A stretch of 64,000 nt of DNA from the NCBI GenBank assembly GCA_015069485.1, contig SVIM01000004.1:4385-68384 (forward strand), read 5' to 3'. Of this stretch, positions 52,294 through 62,639 are shown in pieces (the first letter of the stretch is position 1; every line of letters begins with the position of its first letter). The DNA is from Clostridiales bacterium. GTDB lineage: Bacteria > Bacillota > Clostridia > Christensenellales > Borkfalkiaceae. A program made the translations under genes and the position numbers. The notes beneath the pieces were generated by a model. It worked only from the letters and a program-made list of their open reading frames with translations. It had not been told where the DNA came from and ran no database searches.

Positions 52294-53190
52294 TTATACG
52301 ATATTATCTATAAAATCTTCAGGGTTAAAAAGCTCTAAATCTTCAAGCTTTTCGCCAACGCCTGCAAACATTACGGGTATGCCTAATTCCCCGCAAAGAG
52401 AAATTACGAAGCCACCCTTTGCCGAGCCGTCGAGCTTGGTTAAAACTATTCCGTCAAGCTCTACCGCCTCGTCAAACACTTGCGCTTGATTTACCGCGTT
52501 GTGGCCCGTGGTTGCATCTAAAATTAACAGCTTATAGAAATTCGCCGTGGGATATTCCCTTTCCACCACCCTCGACATCTTTTTAAGCTCTTCCATAAGG
52601 TTCGCCTTAACGTGCAATCTGCCTGCCGTATCTATTATTACGACGTCCGTTTTTTTGGCTTTTGCCGAAGATATAGCGTCATATACCACAGCAGAAGGGT
52701 CGCTACCCTCCTCGTGCTTAACTATTCTAACGCTTGCCCTTTCTGCCCAAACGGTTAACTGGTCAGCCGCGGCAGCACGGAAGGTATCGGCGGCAGCCAC
52801 CGTAACGGACTTTTTGTTTTTTAAAAAATAATTTGCAAGCTTTCCGACGGTAGTAGTTTTTCCAACGCCGTTAACGCCGACGAGCATTATAACGGCAGGA
52901 TATTTAATTTCGGGAATTTCCGCTTCGGTAAGCTTTTCCTCCAAAACGTCTTTTAAAAGGTCGATTACGAATTGCTTGTCTTTTATTTTATCGTGCTTTG
53001 CTTCGGCGCGAATTTCTTCAACGACTTCCGTTGCCGTGTTAATTGATATATCTGCCTCTATTAAAATTTCTTCAAGCTCGTCGTAAAATTCATCCCCGAT
53101 TTTATTTTTTGAAAAAAGGTTTGATAACGCCTTACCTAAACCTTCGCGCGTTTTTTTTAGCGCGTTTGCAATTTTAGAAAAAAAACCCAT
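52294..53190 (-). CDS. ftsY: Signal recognition particle receptor FtsY (short form, NG domain only)
   Basis: 298 aa. GTPase motifs GVNGVGKTTT, DTAGR and TKLDG are present. Confidence 0.95.
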   Translation of the reverse strand: MGFFSKIANALKKTREGLGKALSNLFSKNKIGDEFYDELEEILIEADISINTATEVVEEIRAEAKHDKIKDKQFVIDLLKDVLEEKLTEAEIPEIKYPAVIMLVGVNGVGKTTTVGKLANYFLKNKKSVTVAAADTFRAAAADQLTVWAERASVRIVKHEEGSDPSAVVYDAISSAKAKKTDVVIIDTAGRLHVKANLMEELKKMSRVVEREYPTANFYKLLILDATTGHNAVNQAQVFDEAVELDGIVLTKLDGSAKGGFVISLCGELGIPVMFAGVGEKLEDLELFNPEDFIDNIV

Positions 53191-53262
53191 ACTTCCTCTT
53201 ATAAACTTTTTATTTTAACGCCTTCCCTAACGGTTTAGGGAAGGCTATTTTTTGATTATTTA

Positions 53263-53292
53263 TTAAATTACCCCTTATATATGTGGCAACTA
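53263..53292 (-). repeat. Copy (reverse orientation) of the recurrent AT-core palindrome element immediately after the smc stop
   Basis: The reverse complement reads TAGTTGCCACATATATAAGGGGTAATTTAA. The hairpin CCTTCCCTAA/TTAGGGAAGG (53221-53244) follows it on the minus strand. Confidence 0.5.
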
Positions 53293-56200
53293 TTACTCTA
53301 CGGTATCCCCACCAAGCTTTTCTTGAACCTCGGAAAGCTTTACGGAAACGATTTTAGAAACACCCTTTTCTTCCATAGTAACACCGAATAAAACGTCGGC
53401 GTTTTCCATAGTAGGCTTACGGTGAGTAATTACTATAAACTGCGTTTCTTGGCTAAACTTTTTAAGGTATCTTGCATATCTACCTACGTTTGCTTCGTCA
53501 AGCGCAGCTTCGATTTCGTCGAGTACGCAGAAGGGCATAGGACGCATTTGTATAATTGCAAACAAAATTGCAATTGCCGTTAACGCCTGTTCGCCACCTG
53601 ATAAAAGTGATATCTTTTTAAGCGACTTGCCGGGAGGGCAAGCAACGATTTCTACGCCTGCATTTAAGGGATCGTCGCAGTCGGTATAGTCAAGCTGAAG
53701 CTCTGCCTTACCGCCGCCAAAAAGCTCTTTAAAGGTACGCTTAAAGTTTTCGTTGATGGTATTAAAGCCTTCGTCGAATATTTTAAGCATTTCTGAACGA
53801 ATATCCTCAAGCGCGGTAGTTAAGTCGGCAATACCCTTTTCAAGGTCTTCCTTTTCTACCGTCATTTTTTGGTAGCGTTCGTTAATTTCGTCGTATTCTA
53901 CGATTGCGTTATGGTTTACGGGACCAAGCATAGTAAGCTGACGCTTGCAGTTTGCAATTTGCGCGGGTGCTTGGGTTATATCGTAGCCTTCTTCCTTATA
54001 TTGCAAGCATCCTTCGTAAGTTTCGCCGTATTCTTCGCTTATACGAACTTGCATATTTTCAAGGTCGGAATCGATTTTTGCAAGCGCCATTTCGGCGTTA
54101 TGTACCCTTACCTTTAAGTTTTCACTTTCCTCGTAAGAAGAAAGTCTTTCAGCGTCGATTTGCTTAATTCTTTCGTTTAATTGCACCTTAGAGAAGGACA
54201 CCTTGTCTTGCTGGCGTCTTAAATCGTCAACGACTGCCTGCTCTTCTGCCGTGAGCGCGGAGTGCTCCGCCTGCATATTGAGCTCGGAAAGCTCCTTTTC
54301 GATTTGAGGAATAACCTCGCGGGTTTTTGCAATTTTTAAAAGAAGGGTTTCCTTTTCCCCGTTAAGCCTTTCTACCGTTTGTCCGCTCGCCTTAACGGCA
54401 CTTTCAAGCGAAGCGACCTCCACGTTACCGCGGTTTAATTTTTCCAGCTTTTGAGTGCGTTCTTTTATTAGCTTTTCGTATTCTATAGATAAATCTTCGA
54501 TAGCGTCGTTAGCTTCCGTAGAAAGCGCAGAAAGATTGCTTGCGCCCTTACTGGTTGAGGTATATTCGCTATCCAATTCTAAAAGTCGCTCTTCTAAAGC
54601 CCTATACGACTGCGAATATGCAGAGTATTCTGCTTCGCTGGAAGCAACCTGCTTTAATAAAAGCGATTGTCTTTCTTCGATAGCGGCAAGCTCTACTTTA
54701 GAGTTTTGTAATCTTCCGCGTAATTGCTCAAGCTCGTATTCGGCGTTGTTCTTATCTTCTTCCGTCGTGTCGCGCTTAATTTCAGCACGCTTTACCTGTT
54801 CTTCACGCTCGATAATAAGATCTTCCGTTTCTTTAATACGGCGTTCTACCGCAAGCAAGTTGCCCGCTTGTTCCTTTCTGGAACCGCCCGACATTGAGCC
54901 GGTGGTAGAAATCACGTCGCCGTCTAAGGTTACTATTTTAAACGCGCGGGGGAAGCGAGTTGCTATTATGGTTGCGTTAGTAATATTATCTACGATAAGC
55001 GTATTGCCAAGCAAGTTGTGAATTACGTTTTCGTATTTTTTATTGAATTTTACAAGATTTACCGCAAAGCCGATTGCTCCCCTTTCACGGGTAGCAAGCT
55101 TAATTTGCTCGTTTTCAAATCTGGGGCGTAACGCTTCGATAGGAAGGAAGGTTACCTGACCTGCACGGGTGCGCTTTAAGTATTCGATTAAATATTTAGC
55201 GTCGTCCCTCGTTGCAGTAATGACGTTTTGCATTGCCCCACCGAACGCCGTTTCGATTGCTACCTCGTATTCCTTGGGGGTAGAAACGACGTCGGCGATT
55301 AAGCCTTGAATACGGCTGGAAAGCTCGCCGTTACTTTTTGCGGCGTTTAAAAGGTTTTTAACGGAATAAGTATAGCCTTCAAACCTTTCGCGGAGAGAGC
55401 GACTGGTTATTAAGCTTTCTTTAAGCGAAGATATTTGCGCCTTAATATCGTAAATTTGCTTAATTAAAAGCTGTAATCTTTCGGAAGATTCCCTAACCTT
55501 TTCGTTGGCTTCTTCTAAAACGCTGGCTTCCGAGCCAAGGAAAGCCGAAAGCTCGCCTTGAAGCTTTAACGACTCGCTATACTCGTTCTTTTTATCTTCC
55601 CAATTAAACTTAACCTTTTCCATCGCTTCGCCCATTTCGGTAAGGCGCTCTTTAATTAAGTCCTTTTGCGCTGAAAGCGAGCCCATATTTTGGCGAAGGT
55701 CGGATAAATCCTTAAAGGTATCTAAAACCTTTTTTCTATGCTCGCCCGTTCTGTATTCGTAATCGGCAATCTGCTTGGAAATAAGGTTAATTTCTTCAGA
55801 AAGCTGAGCGCAAGCGTTTTTAATGGCGTTCATTCTGTCGGAATTTTTGCCGTTATAATCTTCGCTTCTTCTTATTTCCCTTTCAATTTCTTCAATACGC
55901 TTTGCGGAATAGGAAATATCTTCCCTTGCGGCAAGGAGCTTTGATTTTACAGAATTTGCCTTTTCCTTTAAAACCCTTGCTTCACCGCTCTTATGCTCGA
56001 TACCTACGGTGTAGCGCAAAAGTCTTTCGTTTAAATCCTTTAAGACGTCGTCTGCACGAGTAAGCTCGTCACGCTTATCGGTATATTCCTTTAAAAGTCC
56101 GTCCAAATGCGCAGTAAGCGTTGCTATTTGGGCGTTAATTTTTTCAATTTTGTCGTTATATTTCTTTCTTTCGTCAGCAGCGCCGTCGTGCCTGATTATG

Positions 56201-56892
56201 TACTGATTCATTTCGTGATGGCGAAGCTGTGAATATAATTCTTGGTATTTTCTTGCGTTTTCCGCCGCCTTTGCCAAGGGAGCAAGCTGACGCTCTACCT
56301 CTTGCATTCTTTGGCAGAATACGAACAGGTTGTCCTTTGAATACGCAAGCTTTCTTTCCGCGTCGGCTTTTCTGTCTTTAAACACGACGATACCCGTCGC
56401 TTCTTCAAAAATAGAACGGCGTTCTTCGGGACGGGAATTCATAATTTGCGCAATTCTGCCCTGACCGATAATGGAATAGCCTTCCTTTGCAGCGCCTGCG
56501 CCGTGCAAAAGCCCCGTTAAAACCTTCATACGGGAAGGTTGACGGTTTAAAAGATATTCGCTGTCGCCGTCGCGGTATAATCTTCTCGTCATTTCTACTT
56601 CGTCGCAGTCAATATCGAAAATCCTATTAGTGTTGTCGAAGGTAAGCGTTACTTCGCAAAAGCTCATTTGCTTACGCTTTTCAGTACCGCCGAAAATAAC
56701 GTCCGTCATTTGCGTACCACGCATAGTTTTTGCAGACTGCTCGCCAAGAACCCAACGGATAGAGTCGGCAACGTTTGATTTACCGCATCCGTTAGGACCA
56801 ACTATACAAGTTACGCCCTCGGTTAAGGGAATTGTAGTTTTGTCGGCAAACGACTTGAAGCCGACGAGTTGAATTTGTTTAAAAGATACCAT
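53293..56892 (-). CDS. smc: Chromosome segregation protein SMC
   Basis: 1,199 aa. It has Walker A GPNGCGKSN, long coiled coils, a hinge, the signature LSGGEQALTAIA and Walker B FCVLDEIEAALD. Confidence 0.97.
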   Translation of the reverse strand: MVSFKQIQLVGFKSFADKTTIPLTEGVTCIVGPNGCGKSNVADSIRWVLGEQSAKTMRGTQMTDVIFGGTEKRKQMSFCEVTLTFDNTNRIFDIDCDEVEMTRRLYRDGDSEYLLNRQPSRMKVLTGLLHGAGAAKEGYSIIGQGRIAQIMNSRPEERRSIFEEATGIVVFKDRKADAERKLAYSKDNLFVFCQRMQEVERQLAPLAKAAENARKYQELYSQLRHHEMNQYIIRHDGAADERKKYNDKIEKINAQIATLTAHLDGLLKEYTDKRDELTRADDVLKDLNERLLRYTVGIEHKSGEARVLKEKANSVKSKLLAAREDISYSAKRIEEIEREIRRSEDYNGKNSDRMNAIKNACAQLSEEINLISKQIADYEYRTGEHRKKVLDTFKDLSDLRQNMGSLSAQKDLIKERLTEMGEAMEKVKFNWEDKKNEYSESLKLQGELSAFLGSEASVLEEANEKVRESSERLQLLIKQIYDIKAQISSLKESLITSRSLRERFEGYTYSVKNLLNAAKSNGELSSRIQGLIADVVSTPKEYEVAIETAFGGAMQNVITATRDDAKYLIEYLKRTRAGQVTFLPIEALRPRFENEQIKLATRERGAIGFAVNLVKFNKKYENVIHNLLGNTLIVDNITNATIIATRFPRAFKIVTLDGDVISTTGSMSGGSRKEQAGNLLAVERRIKETEDLIIEREEQVKRAEIKRDTTEEDKNNAEYELEQLRGRLQNSKVELAAIEERQSLLLKQVASSEAEYSAYSQSYRALEERLLELDSEYTSTSKGASNLSALSTEANDAIEDLSIEYEKLIKERTQKLEKLNRGNVEVASLESAVKASGQTVERLNGEKETLLLKIAKTREVIPQIEKELSELNMQAEHSALTAEEQAVVDDLRRQQDKVSFSKVQLNERIKQIDAERLSSYEESENLKVRVHNAEMALAKIDSDLENMQVRISEEYGETYEGCLQYKEEGYDITQAPAQIANCKRQLTMLGPVNHNAIVEYDEINERYQKMTVEKEDLEKGIADLTTALEDIRSEMLKIFDEGFNTINENFKRTFKELFGGGKAELQLDYTDCDDPLNAGVEIVACPPGKSLKKISLLSGGEQALTAIAILFAIIQMRPMPFCVLDEIEAALDEANVGRYARYLKKFSQETQFIVITHRKPTMENADVLFGVTMEEKGVSKIVSVKLSEVQEKLGGDTVE

Positions 56893-56955
56893 AATATTAC
56901 CTATTTAAGGATTAGTTATAAGTAGTTAAGGGCTGTCGCCCTAAAACTTTTTGCT

Positions 56956-57582
56956 TTATTTTTTATTTAAAAGCGATAAGGCTTTTTTTGCAACGGCTTG
57001 CTCGGCTTCCCTTACGCTTTTGCCCTTTGCAAACAAGGCTTTGCCAAATATTTTAAGCGTGGCAACAAACTGTGGATTTTGTGGCGTGCCTATATTTTCA
57101 CGCTGGTATTCGGGCAATCCTTCCCCTTTGGCTTGAAGCCACTCCTGAAGCTCGCCCTTATAGTTTTTGTTGGATTTTTTATAGGTAAAATCGGCCGTTT
57201 GCAAAACGAATTTTTTTGCCTCCTCAAAACCGCCGTCCATATAAATAGCGGCGGTTACCGCCTCGTAAACGGAAGAGATCGCCTTTTGATTATTCGTATC
57301 GCCCTTGCCCTTTATTAAAACCTTATCGAGCCCTAACCTTTTAGACGCCCTTTCAAGCCCTTCGGCAGAAACCACGCTTTGTCTGCGCTCCGTCATTACG
57401 CCTTCGTCCCCGCCGTCTAAAAACAGCTTTTCCGAAACGACAAGCTGAATTACCGAGTCGCCAAAAAATTCTAACCTTTCGTTATTGTCTTCCGACGCAG
57501 ACGATAGGGTTAGCGCCCTTTTTAAAAGGCTTTTATTTTTAAAGGCGTAGCCGATATTTTTTTCTATAAAAGAAAAATCCAT
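56956..57582 (-). CDS. rnc: Ribonuclease III
   Basis: The RNase III signature ERLEFFGDSVIQL and a C-terminal dsRBD are present. Confidence 0.93.
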   Translation of the reverse strand: MDFSFIEKNIGYAFKNKSLLKRALTLSSASEDNNERLEFFGDSVIQLVVSEKLFLDGGDEGVMTERRQSVVSAEGLERASKRLGLDKVLIKGKGDTNNQKAISSVYEAVTAAIYMDGGFEEAKKFVLQTADFTYKKSNKNYKGELQEWLQAKGEGLPEYQRENIGTPQNPQFVATLKIFGKALFAKGKSVREAEQAVAKKALSLLNKK

Positions 57583-57587
57583 TTATA

Positions 57588-58628
57588 TTATTCCTCTTCG
57601 GATTTTACTAAATTATCTAAATCAATCTTTTCTAAATTACCTGCAACATTTGCAACTAAATTAGATTTAACCGCCATATATGCGTCGTTTATTGCAGCTT
57701 CGATTGCAGAAGCCTTGGAAGAACCGTGACTTTTTATAACGGGCTTTTTAAGGCCTAAAAGTATTGCGCCGCCTATTTTTTCAAAGTCTAATTCCGTTCT
57801 CATACGCTTAATTGCTCCCAATAAGAATAAGCTTCCTATTTTAGAAGAAAGGGAGGAGGTGAATTGCTTTTTCATAACCTTAAGCATCATTTTTGCAGTA
57901 CCTTCAATGGATTTAACGGCAATATTACCCGAAAATCCGTCGCATACCACAACGTCAACGTCGCCGATTAAAGTATCTCTTCCTTCAACGTTACCGATAA
58001 AATTAATACAGTCGATAGAAGATAATAATTTATAGGTTTCTTGATGTAAAGGGTCCCCCTTATGCTCTTCCGTGCCGTTGTTTAAAAGCCCAACCTTGGG
58101 GTGCTTAATACCAAAGGCAACGCTTGCATAAGCAGAAGCCAACACGGCAAACTGGCAAAGCATTATAGGCTTGCACTCTGCGTTTGCACCGCAGTCGCAA
58201 AGAAGAGTTTTTTTGCCCTCTTCTCCACTTACGTTGGGAATCATACAGCATAACGCAGGGCGTTTAACGCCTTTAATTCTTCCTAAAATAAGCTGACCGC
58301 CCGCAATAGCCGCACCCGTAGAGCCGGCGGTTACGAAAGCGTCTAACTCTTCTTGCTTTTTAAGCATCCAATACGCCGTCATCATAGAAGTACCCTTTCT
58401 TCTAACGGCTTCCGTGGGGATATCGTTCATATCGATAACGTCGGGGCAATCTACTATTTCCACTCGGGATTTATCGTATGTATATTTTTTAAGCTCTGCT
58501 TCCACCTCGTTTTGCCTGCCACATAATACGAGCTCTATTTCACTATTTTTATTAAGCGCGGCAACCACACCTTCGATAATCGCCGCGGGGGCGTTATCGC
58601 CACCCATCGCATCAACTAAAATTTTCAT
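57588..58628 (-). CDS. plsX: Phosphate acyltransferase PlsX
   Basis: 346 aa. It starts MKILVDAMGGDNAP and contains DGFSGN. Confidence 0.95.
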   Translation of the reverse strand: MKILVDAMGGDNAPAAIIEGVVAALNKNSEIELVLCGRQNEVEAELKKYTYDKSRVEIVDCPDVIDMNDIPTEAVRRKGTSMMTAYWMLKKQEELDAFVTAGSTGAAIAGGQLILGRIKGVKRPALCCMIPNVSGEEGKKTLLCDCGANAECKPIMLCQFAVLASAYASVAFGIKHPKVGLLNNGTEEHKGDPLHQETYKLLSSIDCINFIGNVEGRDTLIGDVDVVVCDGFSGNIAVKSIEGTAKMMLKVMKKQFTSSLSSKIGSLFLLGAIKRMRTELDFEKIGGAILLGLKKPVIKSHGSSKASAIEAAINDAYMAVKSNLVANVAGNLEKIDLDNLVKSEEE

Positions 58629-58719
58629 AATTTACACCTTTTATTTAGGTTTTCGTTTTATATTAATTTTATTTTCGACCGCACTCTTATCGACTGCACT
58701 CTCTAAAAAATTTTCTTCG

Positions 58720-59014
58720 GGCGTTAAGAAATTTACGACCGCAGCAACCTCACGGAATTTTTGCGCAAGGCAAAAATTCGTGAACTATTTTTTATTTTTC
58801 TTTTGCCGAAAATTTCAAGCCTAAATTTATTTTAGGCGTTAAGAAATTTACGACCGCAGCAACCTCACGGAATTTTTGCGCAAGGCAAAAATTCGTGAAC
58901 TATTTTTTATTTTTCTTTTGCCGAAAATTTCAAGCCTAAATTTACTTTAGGCGTTAAGAAATTTACGACCGCAGCAGCCTCACGGAATTTTTGCGCAAGG
59001 CAAAAATTCGTGAA
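58720..59014. repeat. 115-bp tandem repeat, 2.6 copies, in the asnS-plsX intergenic region
   Basis: Copies start at 58720, 58835 and 58950 (the last is 65 nt, partial). Adjacent copies differ by 1 nt each. Each unit holds the interrupted hairpin CACG(G)AATTTTTGC-GCAAG-GCAAAAATTCGTG. Unit junctions form GCCTAAA-N5-TTTAGGC. Confidence 0.9.
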
Positions 59015-59016
59015 TA

Positions 59017-60399
59017 TTAATAATTGCAATTTCCAACCGTTCTGGGGAAAGGAATTACGTCGCGGATGTTTGCAACGCCCGTTAAGTACATAATCATTCT
59101 TTCAAAGCCCAAGCCAAAGCCGGAGTGAACGCAACCGCCGTACTTTCTTAAATCCGTATAGAATTCGTAATCTTCGGCGTTAAGTCCGCATTCTTGCATA
59201 CGCTTTAATAAAACTTCCATTCTTTCTTCACGCTGTGAACCGCCTACGAGCTCGCCAATGCCGGGCACTAACAAATCGGCTGCGGCAACGGTTTTATTAT
59301 CGTCGTTTAAACGCATATAGAAGGCTTTAATTTCCTTGGGATAGTCGGTAAGGAACACGGGCTTTTTGTAAACCTGTTCGGTTATATAGCGTTCGTGCTC
59401 GCTTTGCAAGTCGCAGCCCCAATATACGGGGAATTCAAACTGCACGCCGTTTGCCTTTGCTTCTTCTAAAATTTCGATTGCCTTGGTGTAGGTTAAACGA
59501 ACGAAGTCGCTATCCTTTACTAAGTTAAGCCTTTCTAAAAGTCCCTTATCTACGAAGTTATTTAAAAATTCAAGCTCGGGCTTGCAGGTATTCATTACGT
59601 GGCTAATAACGTGCTTAACCATACCTTCGGCAACGTCCATATCGCCGGCTAAATCGCAAAACGCCATTTCAGGCTCTATCATCCAGAATTCTGCGGCGTG
59701 CCTTGCCGTGTTAGATTTTTCTGCACGGAAGGTAGGGCCAAAGGTATATACGTTTGCAAACGCCATTGCGTAAGTTTCTACGTTGAGCTGACCGGAAACG
59801 GTAAGACTTGCTTTTTTGCCAAAGAAATCGTTTTTATAGTCGGGCTTTTCGCCTAAATCAAGCGTGGTTACCTGGAACATAGCGCCCGCGCCTTCGCAGT
59901 CGGAGCCGGTTATTATAGGGGTATGAACGTAAACGAAGCCGTTTTGATTAAAGTAGGTATGAATTGCAAACGCCGCTTCGCTCCTTATTCTAAACACGGC
60001 GGAAAAAAGATTCGTTCTGGGGCGAAGATGCGCAATCTCACGCAAAAATTCTACGCTGTGACGCTTTTTCTGCAAAGGGTAATCGGGGGTGGATTCACCC
60101 AAAACGGTTACCTTTTCGGCGTGAATTTCAAAGGGTTGACGCATTTCGGGCGTCAATAAAACCTCGCCTTCAATTTCCAAGCTTGCGCCTACGTTTTGGT
60201 GAGCAACCTCGTCGTAATTATCTATTTTATCTCTTGAAAAAACGACTTGGCAATTTTTAAAATAGCTACCGTCGTTAAGTTCGATAAATCCAAAGGATTT
60301 AGAATCGCGAAGGGTTTTTACCCAACCGCAAATTTTAATTTTTTTTGCAGAATACGCCTGCATATCGGAATATAGGCTTTTAATGTAAATTCTTCCCAT
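59017..60399 (-). CDS. asnS: Asparagine--tRNA ligase
   Basis: 460 aa, class IIb aaRS. It has an N-terminal OB fold, and the C-terminal motif 3 is [15 protein letters not shown]. Confidence 0.95.
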   Translation of the reverse strand: MGRIYIKSLYSDMQAYSAKKIKICGWVKTLRDSKSFGFIELNDGSYFKNCQVVFSRDKIDNYDEVAHQNVGASLEIEGEVLLTPEMRQPFEIHAEKVTVLGESTPDYPLQKKRHSVEFLREIAHLRPRTNLFSAVFRIRSEAAFAIHTYFNQNGFVYVHTPIITGSDCEGAGAMFQVTTLDLGEKPDYKNDFFGKKASLTVSGQLNVETYAMAFANVYTFGPTFRAEKSNTARHAAEFWMIEPEMAFCDLAGDMDVAEGMVKHVISHVMNTCKPELEFLNNFVDKGLLERLNLVKDSDFVRLTYTKAIEILEEAKANGVQFEFPVYWGCDLQSEHERYITEQVYKKPVFLTDYPKEIKAFYMRLNDDNKTVAAADLLVPGIGELVGGSQREERMEVLLKRMQECGLNAEDYEFYTDLRKYGGCVHSGFGLGFERMIMYLTGVANIRDVIPFPRTVGNCNY

Positions 60400-60549
60400 A
60401 ATTTTACCAACCTGTCAAATTATTAATTATTCTTTATTATACCATATCGATATTAAAAAAACAATCGTATTAAACCAGTTTTTACTAAAGTAAAAGGGGG
60501 CAAAAACACAATTTTTTTAAATTTTTAGCAATTTTTATAAACTTTTAGC

Positions 60550-61812
60550 CTACGGCGTTATTTTTTTGCCTTTTACCACTACGCCACGGACGGCAGAATA
60601 ACTATCGGTGCGAATTTTTTTACTTTCCGTTTTTCCGTTTTTCGTTACGAGCAAATACCCCTCGCTTTTAGCACCGCTTTTTTCCTTTACCAAAACCCCT
60701 TCGCTTTTTCCTTCGATTTCTTCGGGCGGGGGCGGGGCAATCTCTTTTAAAAGTGCAGATAAAAATTGATATTTTGCGCCGTCGCTTTTGCCGTAAACCT
60801 CACAGCAAAGCTTGCCCATATTTGCACTTGCGCGAATATACAAGGGGTACGCGCTTGAATTTTTAAATTTCAAATCAAAGTAATTACCGCTTACCATTGC
60901 GTCGCGGGAAGGGGCTACGTAGCCCACCATTAACGAGTGGGGATGAAATTCCAAAATTTCACAACCCGAAAGAATTGCCGCGTTGTAAAGCGTGGTGCTA
61001 ACCTGACAAACACCGCCGCCCAAGCCGTCGACAAACCTACCGCCTTCAATTATTTTTGCAGGCAAAAAGCCGTTGGCTTGCGTCCTTGCGCCGACGGTAT
61101 CGTTAAAGGAAAAAACCTTACCCCCCTGCAAAACCGTGCCGTTAATTTTATTGCACGCGCGCTTAACGTTACTGCTTCTTGCAAAATTATCCTCGTCGTA
61201 TTCGGTGATAAACTTTTTTAATAAAACCGTTTTTTCCTTTATTGAGGACAGGGAATTTTTATAGGAAATATAAACGCCCTCCGCCACGACGGGGCTAAAG
61301 CTTCCGTTTATGGAATTAATTATATCCTGCTCTATTTTAACCGCGTTAATTGAATATCCGTTTTGCCCTTCAATATAGGTAAACGGCTCGCCAGACTTAT
61401 TAAAAATGGCGTAAGGCTCTACCGCATTTTTATTTACGTCCGCACATATAGCCGAAATAACTTCGTTAATGCCGTTTAAATGATAGGTGATTTTAAAGGT
61501 ATAGTCACCGCTTTTTTTAACCGACTTTATATCGTTGTTAAGGGTATCGCGCCAAGTGATTTCCGGATAGGTATATTCGTAGATATTATCACCTGCACAC
61601 ACCTGCAACTGTTTATTTATAAGCTCGTTTTTAATATTTTGCCTAACCTTTTCAACCGCCTGCTTTCTGTTTAAGCCACCTACGCTAACTCCGTTTATTT
61701 TAGTGTTTTTAGGAAGCCCCAAAAAAAACGCTACGTTTAAAAAAATTATGCCCGCAATATAAGCGAGCATAATAAAAGCTATATAAAATTTTATAAGTCT
61801 TTGTTTTTTCAA
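60550..61812 (-). CDS. VanW family protein with N-terminal TM anchor
   Basis: VanW core: FSFNDTVGARTQANGFLPAKII..GGGVCQVSTTLYNAAILSG. TM: FYIAFIMLAYIAGIIFLNVAFFLG. Confidence 0.85.
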   Translation of the reverse strand: MKKQRLIKFYIAFIMLAYIAGIIFLNVAFFLGLPKNTKINGVSVGGLNRKQAVEKVRQNIKNELINKQLQVCAGDNIYEYTYPEITWRDTLNNDIKSVKKSGDYTFKITYHLNGINEVISAICADVNKNAVEPYAIFNKSGEPFTYIEGQNGYSINAVKIEQDIINSINGSFSPVVAEGVYISYKNSLSSIKEKTVLLKKFITEYDEDNFARSSNVKRACNKINGTVLQGGKVFSFNDTVGARTQANGFLPAKIIEGGRFVDGLGGGVCQVSTTLYNAAILSGCEILEFHPHSLMVGYVAPSRDAMVSGNYFDLKFKNSSAYPLYIRASANMGKLCCEVYGKSDGAKYQFLSALLKEIAPPPPEEIEGKSEGVLVKEKSGAKSEGYLLVTKNGKTESKKIRTDSYSAVRGVVVKGKKITP

Positions 61813-62639
61813 TTTATTTTTAACGCCGATAAAAGCTTTTCGTCGGGGTAAAATTCGGGAGTACCGATGCTTCGGTTACCTTCTTTAAAATGCGTATCCG
61901 ACCCCCCTGTAACAAATAGCGAAAACCTTTCGGCAAGCTCCTTAAAATATGCCGTTTCCCCAATAGTATGCCCCGAATAACACGCTTCTATGCCACCCAA
62001 GCCACAGTTTATAAGGCGTATTATAAGCTCGTTTTTATTTTCGTTCGAAAGGGAAATTCTTCCGGGGTGCGCAAGCGAAGCCACCCCACCGCAATCAGTT
62101 ATAATTTTTACCGCCTCTTCCGGCGTGGGACGGCACAAATCGGAATATGCGCACTTGCCCATATTTAAATAATCGACGTAAAATTTATAAGGGCTGCTTG
62201 AATAACCCTTTCTGCTCGCCGCGCGCGCAACGTAGGACGAGTGCAGGGGCGAGGTTTTAATTTTGCGCTCCCTTTCAACGTCTTGTAAGGTTAAATGTAT
62301 TCCGCGCCTTGCAAGCTTTTTTAAGCTATCCTTAACGCGCTCCTCCGCGCCGAAAATACAACGGCTGTAATATTGTTTAAAGCGTTCGCAATCCGTGTTT
62401 AGGTTATAGCCTAAAACGTGTACCTTTACGCCCTCGTAGGCAGAAATTTCTATACCGTCAACGGCACATATCCCTGCATCAATCGCCAAATTTTTAATAA
62501 TTTTACTTGCGCCCATACAGTCGTGGTCGGTTACGGAAAGCATTTTAACGCCGTTTTGCTTTGCAATACTTATTACTTCTTCCGGGGTAAGCAAGCCGTC
62601 TGAATACAATGTGTGAATATGCAAATCAGCACGCATCAT
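61809..62639 (-). CDS. PHP domain metal-dependent phosphoesterase (TrpH/YciV-like)
   Basis: ADLHIHTLYSDG...SVTDHD. It overlaps both neighbours by 4 nt. Confidence 0.85.
   Translation of the reverse strand: MMRADLHIHTLYSDGLLTPEEVISIAKQNGVKMLSVTDHDCMGASKIIKNLAIDAGICAVDGIEISAYEGVKVHVLGYNLNTDCERFKQYYSRCIFGAEERVKDSLKKLARRGIHLTLQDVERERKIKTSPLHSSYVARAASRKGYSSSPYKFYVDYLNMGKCAYSDLCRPTPEEAVKIITDCGGVASLAHPGRISLSNENKNELIIRLINCGLGGIEACYSGHTIGETAYFKELAERFSLFVTGGSDTHFKEGNRSIGTPEFYPDEKLLSALKIN

Noticed and set aside
52259-52489. 76-aa plus-strand ORF
   Set aside because: It starts in the repeat element downstream of ftsY and runs antisense into ftsY.
58414-58824. 136-aa plus-strand ORF from the track
   Set aside because: Its first half is antisense to the plsX N-terminus and the rest reads through the tandem repeat. 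It has no RBS.
58720-59014. CRISPR array
   Set aside because: The units are contiguous 115-bp repeats with no unique spacers, and no cas genes are in the window. I classify it as a tandem repeat.
60400-60549. T-box leader upstream of asnS
   Set aside because: Only 150 nt of AT-rich DNA are available. There is no specifier or T-box sequence and no terminator/antiterminator pair.
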